The notes: generated by a model from the letters alone, not told the origin. A DNA stretch of 47,808 nucleotides from Candidatus Fiminaster equi (GCA_018064745.1 JAGHUR010000004.1:1-47808), one strand, 5' to 3'. Positions 17,603-26,978 are shown, counted from the first letter of the stretch. Numbers and translations are program-made.

Positions 17603-18400
17603 ATGAAAAATTATAAATCTTTAGTTAAATTTATGGCCGTTGGAGCCGCTGCAACGTTGCTATTAACTTCTTGTTCAACGGAAGATAACATAAACAAACA
17701 TTTTAATGACATCGACTCAAATATTAGTAATGTCATTGTAAAAGTCGATGCCAACGAAAGTGCATTAGAAGAACAAAATGAAATTCTTAGCGACATCAAA
17801 GCTACAATTGAAAGTCATGAAAAATCATTTGAGGAAGTCAAAAATGAACAGATCGGTCTTCTTTTAAGACACTATTTTGATTCTTTCGCTAGACTACCAG
17901 AAGCAGCATCGTATCTTAATAGTGCCAAAGATAAATTACTTTTAGCAATGAATGATGTTTCAACAATTGGAAAAGCTTTAGCCTTAGGCACTATTGGCGG
18001 ATCCAATTCGGGCGTTGAATCTATGTATAGTGGAATCGCAGGATCAGGAATTTTTGATGCCATTGGTAGACAACCTGAACTTTCAGAGACAATGATTTCC
18101 TTTGAAATGTATACAATAGAAAAAATTAAAAATACACCTAATGATTTATATTGCGAAATGATTGGTTTATCAGCATCCTCACTATTTGATGGAATAGGAA
18201 GATCACCAAGTATTGCGGATAAATTTGTGAATTATGGAAAATATATTATGGACGCATTAACAAATGTTAAAGAAGAGGAAAGCTCAATTTCAATTGGATA
18301 TTCTTCTGTCGGTTTCTTTGATGGAATTGCACGTCAAACAGAAGCAGCGGACGATATGTGGTCTATCTACAAAGACTTTATTGATTCACTAGTCAAATAA
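17603..18400 (+). CDS. Lipoprotein with three internal F-D-G-I-A-R-Q-x-E repeats
   Basis: 265 aa, SD aggag, lipobox LLLTSCST. It is one of only two plus-strand genes in the window. Confidence 0.8.
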   Translation: MKNYKSLVKFMAVGAAATLLLTSCSTEDNINKHFNDIDSNISNVIVKVDANESALEEQNEILSDIKATIESHEKSFEEVKNEQIGLLLRHYFDSFARLPEAASYLNSAKDKLLLAMNDVSTIGKALALGTIGGSNSGVESMYSGIAGSGIFDAIGRQPELSETMISFEMYTIEKIKNTPNDLYCEMIGLSASSLFDGIGRSPSIADKFVNYGKYIMDALTNVKEEESSISIGYSSVGFFDGIARQTEAADDMWSIYKDFIDSLVK

Positions 18401-18418
18401 TATTTAATGTTGAATAAT

Positions 18419-18472
18419 AAAAAGTTCTGCCTAACATTGCTTAACTCGCAATAATCGCAGAACTTTTTTATT
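18419..18472 (+). terminator. Rho-independent (probably bidirectional) terminator
   Basis: Stem aaaagttctgc (18420-18430) / gcagaactttt (18457-18467), followed by tttatt. Confidence 0.75.
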
Positions 18473-18531
18473 TAAACATCGTATTTTTTACAATGTGCTT
18501 AAGTAATATATCGCACTAGTTATCTATAGAT

Positions 18532-18581
18532 GTGAACTACTCGGCAATTAAATAACCGAGAATTTCCACTCATTTCCTAAA
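18532..18581. repeat. Hairpin element copy 3
   Basis: gtgaactactcggcaattaaataaccgagaatttccactcatttcctaaa. It contains the TAG stop (18577-18579) of the 898-aa gene. Confidence 0.7.
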
Positions 18582-21273
18582 CAGCAATTGTCCAAACAAA
18601 TAAGGTATGGTCTTTAATCTCTTTGGCAGCATTTTCACAATCTTCAAGTTTCGAAGGTTGAATAATTGTTATTCCAACAATCCACCTGTGATGTTTTGCT
18701 TGGCCAAAATCAAACCATTCAAGATTACTACAGCCCTGAAATGCACCTACACCAATAGTATGGAAGGAAGTGCTTTCGTCATTTTCGCCTTCGATGATAA
18801 ACGAATTTAAAAGAGAGCAGCCCATGAATGCGTTTGTATTAATACAACCTAAGCTAATCTTATCATTTGTTTTAACAACATTAACCGTTCTTAAGTTTGT
18901 GCACAAAGTGAAAGCATTAGTGCCGATTTTTATAACATGGCCATTTAAAACAACATGCATTAAATTGGTTTTGTTTACAAATGCAGAATCACCAATAATT
19001 ACTTCACAATCATCATTGCTTTTTATTTGCTCTTGGATAATGAAACGAGAAGCAAAATTTCCTAATTTGGAAGAAGAAAGAATTGTTTGGCTAGTAAGAA
19101 CGTTATCTTGTGATAAGGTGTAACTAAAGTTAAACAATCCATATGATAAATATTCTTCACCTCTAATTAAATTAACTTTTGAAGATGTTGCTTCTTGTAA
19201 ATTTTCGTTTTGATTATCGTAACGAACATTTATTTTAGACATATCTTCATTTTTATCATTTCTAATAGCGAATCCAGCAGTATTTTTAATACTATCATCA
19301 GTTCCATTATGTTTTAACAAAACAGGTGAAAGTATGGTGACATTTGATAAAGTGATGTAGTTATTTGCTTCAACAACCAAATCTTTGCCTTCTTTACCAA
19401 TTGTTACATTCTCAACTGATGGATCAGCAAAAATGCTAATCGATTTATTGAATGTTAAACATGTTATATGTCTATTTTGAGCTGGTGTTCCCTCTGTGAC
19501 ATTTATCCAACCTTGATCAGCACAGTTAAAAATTGCAACATCGATATTATCAGTAAAAGAAACATCTATATATCTGCCTGTAGAATCTGTTTTTGTGGTT
19601 TTTGTAAAAGCTATATGACCAACGCTTTCTCTTACCCATTTTACATCTGAATATTCATGAGCAAGGCAGAATGCAACGTATTCAGGATCAAATTGATTAG
19701 GTAAAAATGTTCTTCTAACAGAATGTAGTTTAGGTCCTTGAGTCCATCCTAATGGAGGTAAATAAACTTCCATCAATGAATTGCATGAATCGAATGCGTA
19801 TTTTTCAATTGTGGTTAAAGAGTATGCTTCTGAAAAATCAACATATCTTAAGGACATGTCTTCATGGAAGGCATATTGAGAAATTCTAGTTAATCCTCTA
19901 CCACCACTTACCTCTTCTAAAGATCCTTGATATTCGAAAGCGGATTCGTCAAGAGCAGTTACGCTATCGCCAATCTCTAAAGATCTAATATGAGAAAGTA
20001 AAATGCTAATTTGCAATTTAACTTCGTAGAAAATATCGTCAGTTGTTTCATTTGTAAATGCATGAGATCCAACCCCAATAATTCCATCACAAAGATGAAG
20101 GGAAGTAAAAATGCCCTTTGTTTGGTATAAAGTAATATGAGTATCTTTAATCTTATCTATATTAATCTTAATATCGGTGTAAACAGAGAAACCATACGGG
20201 GCCACTGTAGCATTAATTCCTTTTACAACATTAGTGATATACAAATCACTAACTGCTTGTCCGTAATAAGTTAATCCTTTAATGTATTTATAATCTTTTG
20301 AGAATGTAAATGTGCCATATGCGTAATGGGTAACAGGAAGAACTAATACAGAATTAACAACTTGTTTACTTCCAACCGCCTCACGACCAAAACCTGTTTC
20401 TTGTTCAAAATTATCAACGTATTCAACATAAACGTTTTCAGGTTTAACATCTGTATTAACAAAGGCAATTGTTCCAGAGCTATAAACATTTTCCCAATCT
20501 TCGCCAATTTCTTCACGCGTATTAGCAAGCATTAATTTAACGTTGCTTGTTAAATCAATTGATGAAGGAACATTTAAAATTCCACCTGAATTAATGTTAA
20601 AATCACAATTCAATTTAACATGATTATGATATGTCTCTAAAGTAACAATGTGATTAATTACAGGAGCTTTTGTTAATGTTAAATCATCTTTAAGAATAGT
20701 AATTGTTGTCTCATCTGTTGCTACAGCATCAAATGCTTCATTTAAAGTTTTATATAAAACGTCGTCAATTTTTGCATCATATTCAGTTAAAATATCGTGC
20801 TTGTAGCAAATACCATCTACAAGCTCCCAAGCAACTTCTTCTTCTGCTGTTTTAACAATTAAGTTTGGTTTATCAAAGGCACCTTCATAATAACCAACGA
20901 ATTCTTTGCTAAGATTTAAAAGTAAAACATTAGAGTCTACTAAAGCGTCTTTTGCAACATAAAGAACTGTAGATGGGAGATCGATGATAGCCTTAGTTTT
21001 TCCGTGTTCAGTTAAACCAGTCATCACGCCATTTTCATCAATAACAACAATTGGATCCTCATAATCACAAAGAATACATTTATCTGTTACATCTAGAATT
21101 TTGTGTTCACCAACCATAAACTTTTCGCCACATGAAGTACAAGTTTTCCAATGCTCGGTTTCATTATGTTCAAAAGGAGCTTCGAATGTGTGAATATGCA
21201 ATTGTTTACAACCAGAAAGTAAGCTAATTGACATAATCACGCCAATAAAAGGTAAAATTGTTTTTCTTTTCAT
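18577..21273 (-). CDS. BspA-type leucine-rich-repeat lipoprotein (paralog B)
   Basis: 898 aa with lipobox SLLSGCKQ and an N-terminal His/Cys cluster (HIHTF...HWKTCTSCGEKF...HK...CILCDYE). LRR_5-type units are present (IGDSAFVNKTNLMHVVL, IGTNAFTLCTNLRTVNV, IGVGAFQGCSNLEWFDF). It aligns with the 915-aa ORF along most of its length. Confidence 0.85.
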   Translation of the reverse strand: MKRKTILPFIGVIMSISLLSGCKQLHIHTFEAPFEHNETEHWKTCTSCGEKFMVGEHKILDVTDKCILCDYEDPIVVIDENGVMTGLTEHGKTKAIIDLPSTVLYVAKDALVDSNVLLLNLSKEFVGYYEGAFDKPNLIVKTAEEEVAWELVDGICYKHDILTEYDAKIDDVLYKTLNEAFDAVATDETTITILKDDLTLTKAPVINHIVTLETYHNHVKLNCDFNINSGGILNVPSSIDLTSNVKLMLANTREEIGEDWENVYSSGTIAFVNTDVKPENVYVEYVDNFEQETGFGREAVGSKQVVNSVLVLPVTHYAYGTFTFSKDYKYIKGLTYYGQAVSDLYITNVVKGINATVAPYGFSVYTDIKINIDKIKDTHITLYQTKGIFTSLHLCDGIIGVGSHAFTNETTDDIFYEVKLQISILLSHIRSLEIGDSVTALDESAFEYQGSLEEVSGGRGLTRISQYAFHEDMSLRYVDFSEAYSLTTIEKYAFDSCNSLMEVYLPPLGWTQGPKLHSVRRTFLPNQFDPEYVAFCLAHEYSDVKWVRESVGHIAFTKTTKTDSTGRYIDVSFTDNIDVAIFNCADQGWINVTEGTPAQNRHITCLTFNKSISIFADPSVENVTIGKEGKDLVVEANNYITLSNVTILSPVLLKHNGTDDSIKNTAGFAIRNDKNEDMSKINVRYDNQNENLQEATSSKVNLIRGEEYLSYGLFNFSYTLSQDNVLTSQTILSSSKLGNFASRFIIQEQIKSNDDCEVIIGDSAFVNKTNLMHVVLNGHVIKIGTNAFTLCTNLRTVNVVKTNDKISLGCINTNAFMGCSLLNSFIIEGENDESTSFHTIGVGAFQGCSNLEWFDFGQAKHHRWIVGITIIQPSKLEDCENAAKEIKDHTLFVWTIAV

Positions 21274-21274
21274 A

Positions 21275-22222
21275 TTAATTGCTCCCTTCTTTTTTCATTT
21301 GAGTCGGTTGTCCAGGGTTCTGCATAACTTGTTTCTTTTTATATTGATTGACATAGTCAATAACTATATTTTCATTAATAATATTGCTAATAATAATTAA
21401 AGGTAACAAAATAACAAATCCAATTACATTGTTAATCAAATACACAATTAAGAAAATGAGTGCAGATGCCGCAAGAACCGCCAAAGATGAGGCCCACAAA
21501 AATAAAAGGTTTTTAATATTAAATAATTCTATTAATTTAACATCTTTATCCTTATAAAGTAGTACAGACCACAATAGAATTAAAACTAACATCGCCATCA
21601 AAATACCAATGATGGAAAAGACAAGTAACGCTCCATCCAAATTAATTAAAGATAGAATTATCAAATAATAAGCAAGTGAGACAGTAGCTAAATTTGAGAA
21701 GAATGATGCAAAGAATCTACCAATGCTTTTCTTTGATGTGCTTCTGATTTGAATAACTACTCTTGAAGAAACAAGAGCGAGAATCGAAGAAATCAAAACA
21801 CAAACCGAAAGATTTACAATTTGCTCTCTAATAACTTTTATCAAACTATTAGAACAAGCAATAACAGTATCATTCATTTCGATTAATACTTCTTTGTTAA
21901 AATTCGCATCTTCGAGTGCGTTCATAAAGATTCTATAAAGACCATTTTGCTCAATTAAAACAGTAATTGTTCTCATAGGATTTCTTAAATCAAGATTCTT
22001 AAATTGATCAGTTGTAGACTTTAAAAAACTTGCAGGATCAAAACCAGAATAAGGAATAGTTGTAGCGTGGGCAACAATTTTGCTAACCGAAATATCGATT
22101 TCGTTATTTATCACTGGCATCGTGATTAATAAGCCAAGCAATATTCCAATTGTAACAAAACCTGTAATGGCAAATACGTCCCAGATATTTTTTCTAAAAA
22201 CTTTTAAGGCTGAACGAAACAT
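21275..22222 (-). CDS. Polytopic membrane protein of unknown function
   Basis: 315 aa with about 5-6 hydrophobic segments. It is separated by 1-2 nt from both LRR genes, suggesting translational coupling. Confidence 0.8.
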   Translation of the reverse strand: MFRSALKVFRKNIWDVFAITGFVTIGILLGLLITMPVINNEIDISVSKIVAHATTIPYSGFDPASFLKSTTDQFKNLDLRNPMRTITVLIEQNGLYRIFMNALEDANFNKEVLIEMNDTVIACSNSLIKVIREQIVNLSVCVLISSILALVSSRVVIQIRSTSKKSIGRFFASFFSNLATVSLAYYLIILSLINLDGALLVFSIIGILMAMLVLILLWSVLLYKDKDVKLIELFNIKNLLFLWASSLAVLAASALIFLIVYLINNVIGFVILLPLIIISNIINENIVIDYVNQYKKKQVMQNPGQPTQMKKEGSN

Positions 22223-22224
22223 AT

Positions 22225-24972
22225 CTATTCCTCCTCAGCATTCTTATGCCAAACGTATTGTGAATATTGTTTAACTAATTCAGCAGCATCATACGGATTT
22301 GCTAATTGATCTGAAGTTATTTCTACAATCTTAGTAGAAAAACTATCATCAGAATAAACTGTCCAATCACCAATATTGCCGTTGAAATCAAAGTATTCAA
22401 GAGCAGTACAGTTCTTAAAAGCATCTTCTTCAATTTCAGTCAACGAACTGCCCGGACCTAAGTCAACTCTTTTTAATTTCATACAATTTATAAATGCTTC
22501 AGATAAAATGTACTGTACATTTTTACCAACAGTAACTCTTTCAAGATTAAGGCATAAATCAAAGACATTTACTCCAACTCCAGTAACAATGTCAGCCATT
22601 GAAACAAATCTGATAGATAAAGGATGTTTTTTGAATAAACTATTTGATAGTCCAGCATTTTTTACATAATAATCTTCACTTTCACCAAGAGGATTATCAA
22701 AAGTAACACTGGTTATTGAACTAAATAATGAACTCGTTGATCCAAACAAAACTTTATTTGGCGTCAACAAATCTTTTTCATTGCAATATGTAAATACGAA
22801 AAGACCATAAGTTAGATATTCAATTCCGTCTTTAAAGGCTGCGGAAGTACCTCTTGCAGGAACTTCTTCACCTGTTGATGGATCTCTAAAGTAAACAGGA
22901 GTATCAAAATATGTTTCTTTGTCTTGAGCTCTTAGTCCAAAAGTGGCAATATCACCAACAAATTGTGAGCCATCGTCATGTTCACCAAAATCAACATACT
23001 TCTCGTGATGCGCAATGGTACAATTCAATCTAACTTCGCCAAGAGGTTTAATGTTCTCAAGAGTCAAAAAGCGATTATTTAAAATTGTTATCCCTGCTTC
23101 TTCTGATCCGATAGTAACTTCGCCAGCTGATTCATACGCAACAATATTTACACTTTTCGCAATTGCAACAGCTGCAATGTGTTTTGTTTCTTCTTTGTCT
23201 GCGTTCAAGATATAAATCCAACCTCTATCGCAGCAGCTTGTAAGAGCGGCCTGAATATCATATGTGTAAACAACGTTAGAAAATTTTCCGCATGCATCAG
23301 TTGCAAGACTTGCTGTATAGCAAATATTGCCATTAACAGTCCTTGTCCATACAACTTTTTGATCATGCTCATCAATGTTCGCATGATATGCAGCTACAGC
23401 ACCACTAAATTGATGAGCTGCAAATGTCTTTCCATTTACATTCCAGTTATCACCTGGGAGTTCAAGTTGAACAAGACAATCTTCATTTGCAAAAGCATAT
23501 TTACCAATTTTTTGAATGCTAAAGGCTTCTGCAAAATCAACGCTTTTTAAACTAATGCATTCATAAAAAGCGTAATCAGCAATTTCAACTAGGCCTCTTC
23601 CACCATAAACATCTTGAATACTTAGACATGAGGCAAACGCGGCTCCTCCGATGTAGGTAACACTTTCGCCAATGTAAACAGATTGAATTCTTGAAAGAAT
23701 AGCAATCATCTTTTTAACTTCGTGGAAAATATCATCTGTAGTTTCATTAGTAAAAGCATGATCTCCAATTGACTTAATACCTCTATCAACACATAAGCTA
23801 GTAAAAATGCCTTTTGTTTGATAATAGGTGATATGTGTATCATCAATAACAGCGATGTTAATTTTTACATCTGTATAAATTGCGAAAGCGTACGATGCAA
23901 TATTTGCATTAATATTCTTAACTACATTTGTAATATGTAGTTCACTTAATGTTTCACCATAAGGAGACAATCCTTTAATTGTTTTAAAATCATATGAGAA
24001 GGCAAACGCGCCATATGCATACTGTGTTACTGGAATGAGTAATAAATCGTTCGCAATTTGCTTAGAACCAACTGCTTCATATCCTACGCCAACACCTTGC
24101 ATATAGTTGTCTACATATTCGACATATACATCAGTAGGTTTTGTATCTTTATCAATAAATGCGATAGCACCACTTTTAAGAACTTGTTCCCAAGATTTAT
24201 TACTTTGTTCATATGAATGGACAAGAAGTAATTGAGCGCTACCTTTGAAGTTAACGGAGCTTTTAATTTTCAAAATTCCACTACCACCAACTTGGAAATT
24301 GCACTCTAAATTTGATGTTTCATAATATGAATTTAAGCTAACTATGCGATTAACACGTAAAGATTCATTAACTACCAAATCCTTTTTTGTTAAAGTAATT
24401 GTTGTGTCATCGTTTTTAACGCTATCAAAAGCTTCCTTTAATGTTTTGAAGTATTTGTCGCCAATCATCGCGTCAAATTCTTCTAAAACATTATGCTTAT
24501 AATAAATTCCGTTTTCTAAAGTCCAAACGACTTTTTCTTCATCTGCAACAACATTGACATTGTTATAATCGAAAGCTCCTTCGTAGTATCCTACAAATTC
24601 CTTTGGAATATTTACTCTAGTTACATTTGAACCTTTTAAAGCGTCTTTTGTAATAAATTTAACGTTTGAAGGAATATCTAATTCGTATCTCGTTTTTCCG
24701 TGATTAGTTAAACCAGTCATTAATCCATCGCCATCTACTACAAAAGTAGGGTCAACATAGCCACAAATTAAACATGTATCATTAAAACTATTAAATGCAT
24801 GAAAATCTTCATTTAATACTTCATGACACGTTTCACAAATTTGCCAGTGTTTGACTTCATTGTATTGATATTCAGTATCATAATTGTGAACATGAACAAT
24901 GGAACAGCCACTTAATCCAGCAATTGCAATCGAGAGAGTCATTATATGTTTAAGCATTTTCTTCACTTTCAT
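22225..24972 (-). CDS. BspA-type leucine-rich-repeat lipoprotein (paralog A)
   Basis: 915 aa, SD aggagg, lipobox AGLSGCSI. The same His/Cys cluster is present (HVHNY...HWQICETCHEV...H...CLICGYV), as are LRR_5 units (IGGAAFASCLSIQDV, IADYAFYECISLKSVDF, ILSEAFINCMKLKRVDL). Confidence 0.85.
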   Translation of the reverse strand: MKVKKMLKHIMTLSIAIAGLSGCSIVHVHNYDTEYQYNEVKHWQICETCHEVLNEDFHAFNSFNDTCLICGYVDPTFVVDGDGLMTGLTNHGKTRYELDIPSNVKFITKDALKGSNVTRVNIPKEFVGYYEGAFDYNNVNVVADEEKVVWTLENGIYYKHNVLEEFDAMIGDKYFKTLKEAFDSVKNDDTTITLTKKDLVVNESLRVNRIVSLNSYYETSNLECNFQVGGSGILKIKSSVNFKGSAQLLLVHSYEQSNKSWEQVLKSGAIAFIDKDTKPTDVYVEYVDNYMQGVGVGYEAVGSKQIANDLLLIPVTQYAYGAFAFSYDFKTIKGLSPYGETLSELHITNVVKNINANIASYAFAIYTDVKINIAVIDDTHITYYQTKGIFTSLCVDRGIKSIGDHAFTNETTDDIFHEVKKMIAILSRIQSVYIGESVTYIGGAAFASCLSIQDVYGGRGLVEIADYAFYECISLKSVDFAEAFSIQKIGKYAFANEDCLVQLELPGDNWNVNGKTFAAHQFSGAVAAYHANIDEHDQKVVWTRTVNGNICYTASLATDACGKFSNVVYTYDIQAALTSCCDRGWIYILNADKEETKHIAAVAIAKSVNIVAYESAGEVTIGSEEAGITILNNRFLTLENIKPLGEVRLNCTIAHHEKYVDFGEHDDGSQFVGDIATFGLRAQDKETYFDTPVYFRDPSTGEEVPARGTSAAFKDGIEYLTYGLFVFTYCNEKDLLTPNKVLFGSTSSLFSSITSVTFDNPLGESEDYYVKNAGLSNSLFKKHPLSIRFVSMADIVTGVGVNVFDLCLNLERVTVGKNVQYILSEAFINCMKLKRVDLGPGSSLTEIEEDAFKNCTALEYFDFNGNIGDWTVYSDDSFSTKIVEITSDQLANPYDAAELVKQYSQYVWHKNAEEE

Positions 24973-25135
24973 TGTAATAGCCTCCTAATAGTCATTTTTA
25001 AAAAATTATTGAGACATAATAATTAACACGATTTTGAAAAATTATCAAGACTTTGATAATTCGCAATGACAATCATACGTTGTAGATGTATTGCGTTTTT
25101 ATCACGAAATTACATTGGTGACGTACTCCCACCAC

Positions 25136-26311
25136 TTAAGCAATATTTATATTGCTTTGAAGTGGGGGCTTCTTACTCAAGGAATCTGTTGATTCCAGTA
25201 TCAATAAGCTATCCGGCTGCGCCCCAGCCTTAATTTGTTTAATTGCTTCAACTAATATATTTTTAGCAGCGTTTTCGTCTCTTTTTAGTTTTGCTCCACA
25301 ATTTGGACATGTATATGATCGAACCGCTAAATTTTTAACTTTATCATTCTTGTAACCACATACATTACAAATTTGCGAAGATGCGAAATATTTATCAACT
25401 TTTACAAGTAATCTTCCATACCATTTTGCTTTGTATTCAAGCATAGTAGAAAATCTTGCAAAACTTGCATCAACAACTGACTTTGCAACTAATTTATTTT
25501 GTTCCATATTTTTAACATCCAACGTTTCAATGGCAATCACTTGGTTATCGCGAATGATTTGAGTTGAAAGTTTATGGAGAAAATCATCTCTTTGTTTATT
25601 TATTTTGTCATGAATTTTTGCAACTTTAATTCTTTGTTTATTTCTATTATTACTTCCTTTTTGCATATGGGAAAGCTTACGCTGTTCAATTTCTAGACGC
25701 TTCTCTAATTTCTTAAAATACTTGGGATTTTCATAGGATTTTCCATTAGAATCAACGATAAATGACTTAATTCCTAAATCAATACCAATAGCATTTTTGT
25801 TTGGAGATAACATCTTATTGTCATTAGTTTCTACTAATAATGAGATATAATATTTACCACTACATGTCATTGAAATAGTGACTGATTTTATTACACCATC
25901 AAAATTCCTGTGCTTCTTAATTCTGATTCTTTTACATTTTGGGATGGTTATGTATCGATTATTATCTGAAAATTTGACATTTCCACCCTGATTATTAGTT
26001 GTATAAGATTGATTGTTTTTCTTTGATTTAAACTTTGGAAAATCAGATCTATGTGCAAAGAAATTTTTATAAGCAGTTTCTCTTGCTAATTGTGCATTCG
26101 CTAAAGCTAATGAATCAACTTCCTTTAAGAATTCAAATTCTTGTTTGTATTTAGCTGGTGTTGGATTAATCGTTTCTTTTGTTTCTTTATAATGATCAAT
26201 TTTATCTTGGAGAGATTTATTGTAGAAAAAGCGTACACAGCCAAAACACTTTGCAAAGTATTCTTTTTGCAATGAATTTGGATAGATTCTATACCTGTAC
26301 GCTTTTTTCAT
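25136..26311 (-). CDS. tnpB: IS605 OrfB / TnpB RNA-guided endonuclease family protein
   Basis: 391 aa with N-terminus MKKAYRYRIYPN..Q. It has RuvC-like blocks (IGIDLGIK; VIAIETLDVKNM; DENAAKNIL) and a Zn-ribbon CNVCG...CPNCG. Confidence 0.9.
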   Translation of the reverse strand: MKKAYRYRIYPNSLQKEYFAKCFGCVRFFYNKSLQDKIDHYKETKETINPTPAKYKQEFEFLKEVDSLALANAQLARETAYKNFFAHRSDFPKFKSKKNNQSYTTNNQGGNVKFSDNNRYITIPKCKRIRIKKHRNFDGVIKSVTISMTCSGKYYISLLVETNDNKMLSPNKNAIGIDLGIKSFIVDSNGKSYENPKYFKKLEKRLEIEQRKLSHMQKGSNNRNKQRIKVAKIHDKINKQRDDFLHKLSTQIIRDNQVIAIETLDVKNMEQNKLVAKSVVDASFARFSTMLEYKAKWYGRLLVKVDKYFASSQICNVCGYKNDKVKNLAVRSYTCPNCGAKLKRDENAAKNILVEAIKQIKAGAQPDSLLILESTDSLSKKPPLQSNINIA

Positions 26312-26707
26312 TTATTCTACTTGGCTTTCAATGTATTTCTTTATAACTTCAATTGTTGCTCCGCCTGTTGTTATTAAGCAAAAACTTGTACTCCAGAAAT
26401 TTTGTTTCCAAAGTTGTTGTTTAATCTCAGGAAATTCTTTTTTAATAATTCTTGAAGATGCACTCTTATAGGCATTTATGAATTTTGAAATGTTTGTATT
26501 CGGATTTGCATTAAAGAGAATATGAACGTGATCAATGTCATGATTCCGGTCTTCAAGCCTGATATTATAATTTTCTCATACTTTTTCAAATTCTATTCCC
26601 AATTTTCGTGATATTTCATCAGTAATGACTTTTCTGCGATATTTTACCACCAAAATCAGGTGATAATGAAGTATGAACACTGAATGATTATTTGACATTA
26701 ATTCCAT
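26312..26707 (-). pseudogene. tnpA: IS200/IS605 Y1 (HUH) transposase TnpA with one in-frame TGA
   Basis: The 132-codon frame reads MELMSNNHSVFILHYHLILVVKYRRKVITDEISRKLGIEFEKV*ENYNIRLEDRNHDIDHVHILFNANPN...FWSTSFCLITTGGATIEVIKKYIESQVE. The HUH motif (HVH) and the C-terminal Tyr motif are present. The TGA is at 26576-26578. Confidence 0.8.
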
Positions 26708-26834
26708 ATAATAATTATATCACATAATACTTAGTATTACTATGCATATTATAGAAAATTTTGTTCACATACGACCGAGTGGGATTCATCCCCCGCTTAC
26801 GCAAAAAAAGCGTTGAAGGCGGGGGACTTCTTCC

Positions 26835-26978
26835 TTATTTAGTTAAAATAGCCCCAAATAAGGCTACTAACCAATAAGTTGAGATATTTAGCTTACCCAC
26901 CTTAATTTTAGGCAAGAAAACGATTGATAAGATAAGCAGTACAAAAGTAACTACTGCTAATATTATAGTTAATGTCAT
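26835..26978 (-). pseudogene. Possible 5' fragment of a permease gene truncated at the IS left end
   Basis: A 47-codon ORF reads MTLTIILAVVTFVLLILSIVFLPKIKVGKLNISTYWLVALFGAILTK*. It is hydrophobic and looks like a transporter N-terminus. Its stop abuts the IS LE sequence, and no continuation is seen beyond the IS. Confidence 0.3.

Larger units (their letters stand above)
25060..26834 (-). mobile_element. IS200/IS605-family insertion sequence (tnpA pseudogene plus tnpB); right-end boundary approximate
   Basis: tnpA and tnpB abut (TAA then ATG). Related subterminal hairpins lie at both ends. On the minus strand, LE reads GAAGAAGTCCCCCGCCTTCAACGC... (hairpin 26790-25) and RE reads TAAGAAGCCCCCACTTCAAAGC... 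(hairpin 25128-68). Confidence 0.75.

Noticed and set aside
26576-26578. The host might use genetic code 4 (TGA = Trp), as in Mycoplasma/Spiroplasma.
   Set aside because: ORFs over 1,400 aa are intact under code 11 and Trp is encoded by TGG throughout. TGA also ends three otherwise well-delimited genes (14708, 30081, 30815). Only the IS-borne tnpA shows an internal TGA.
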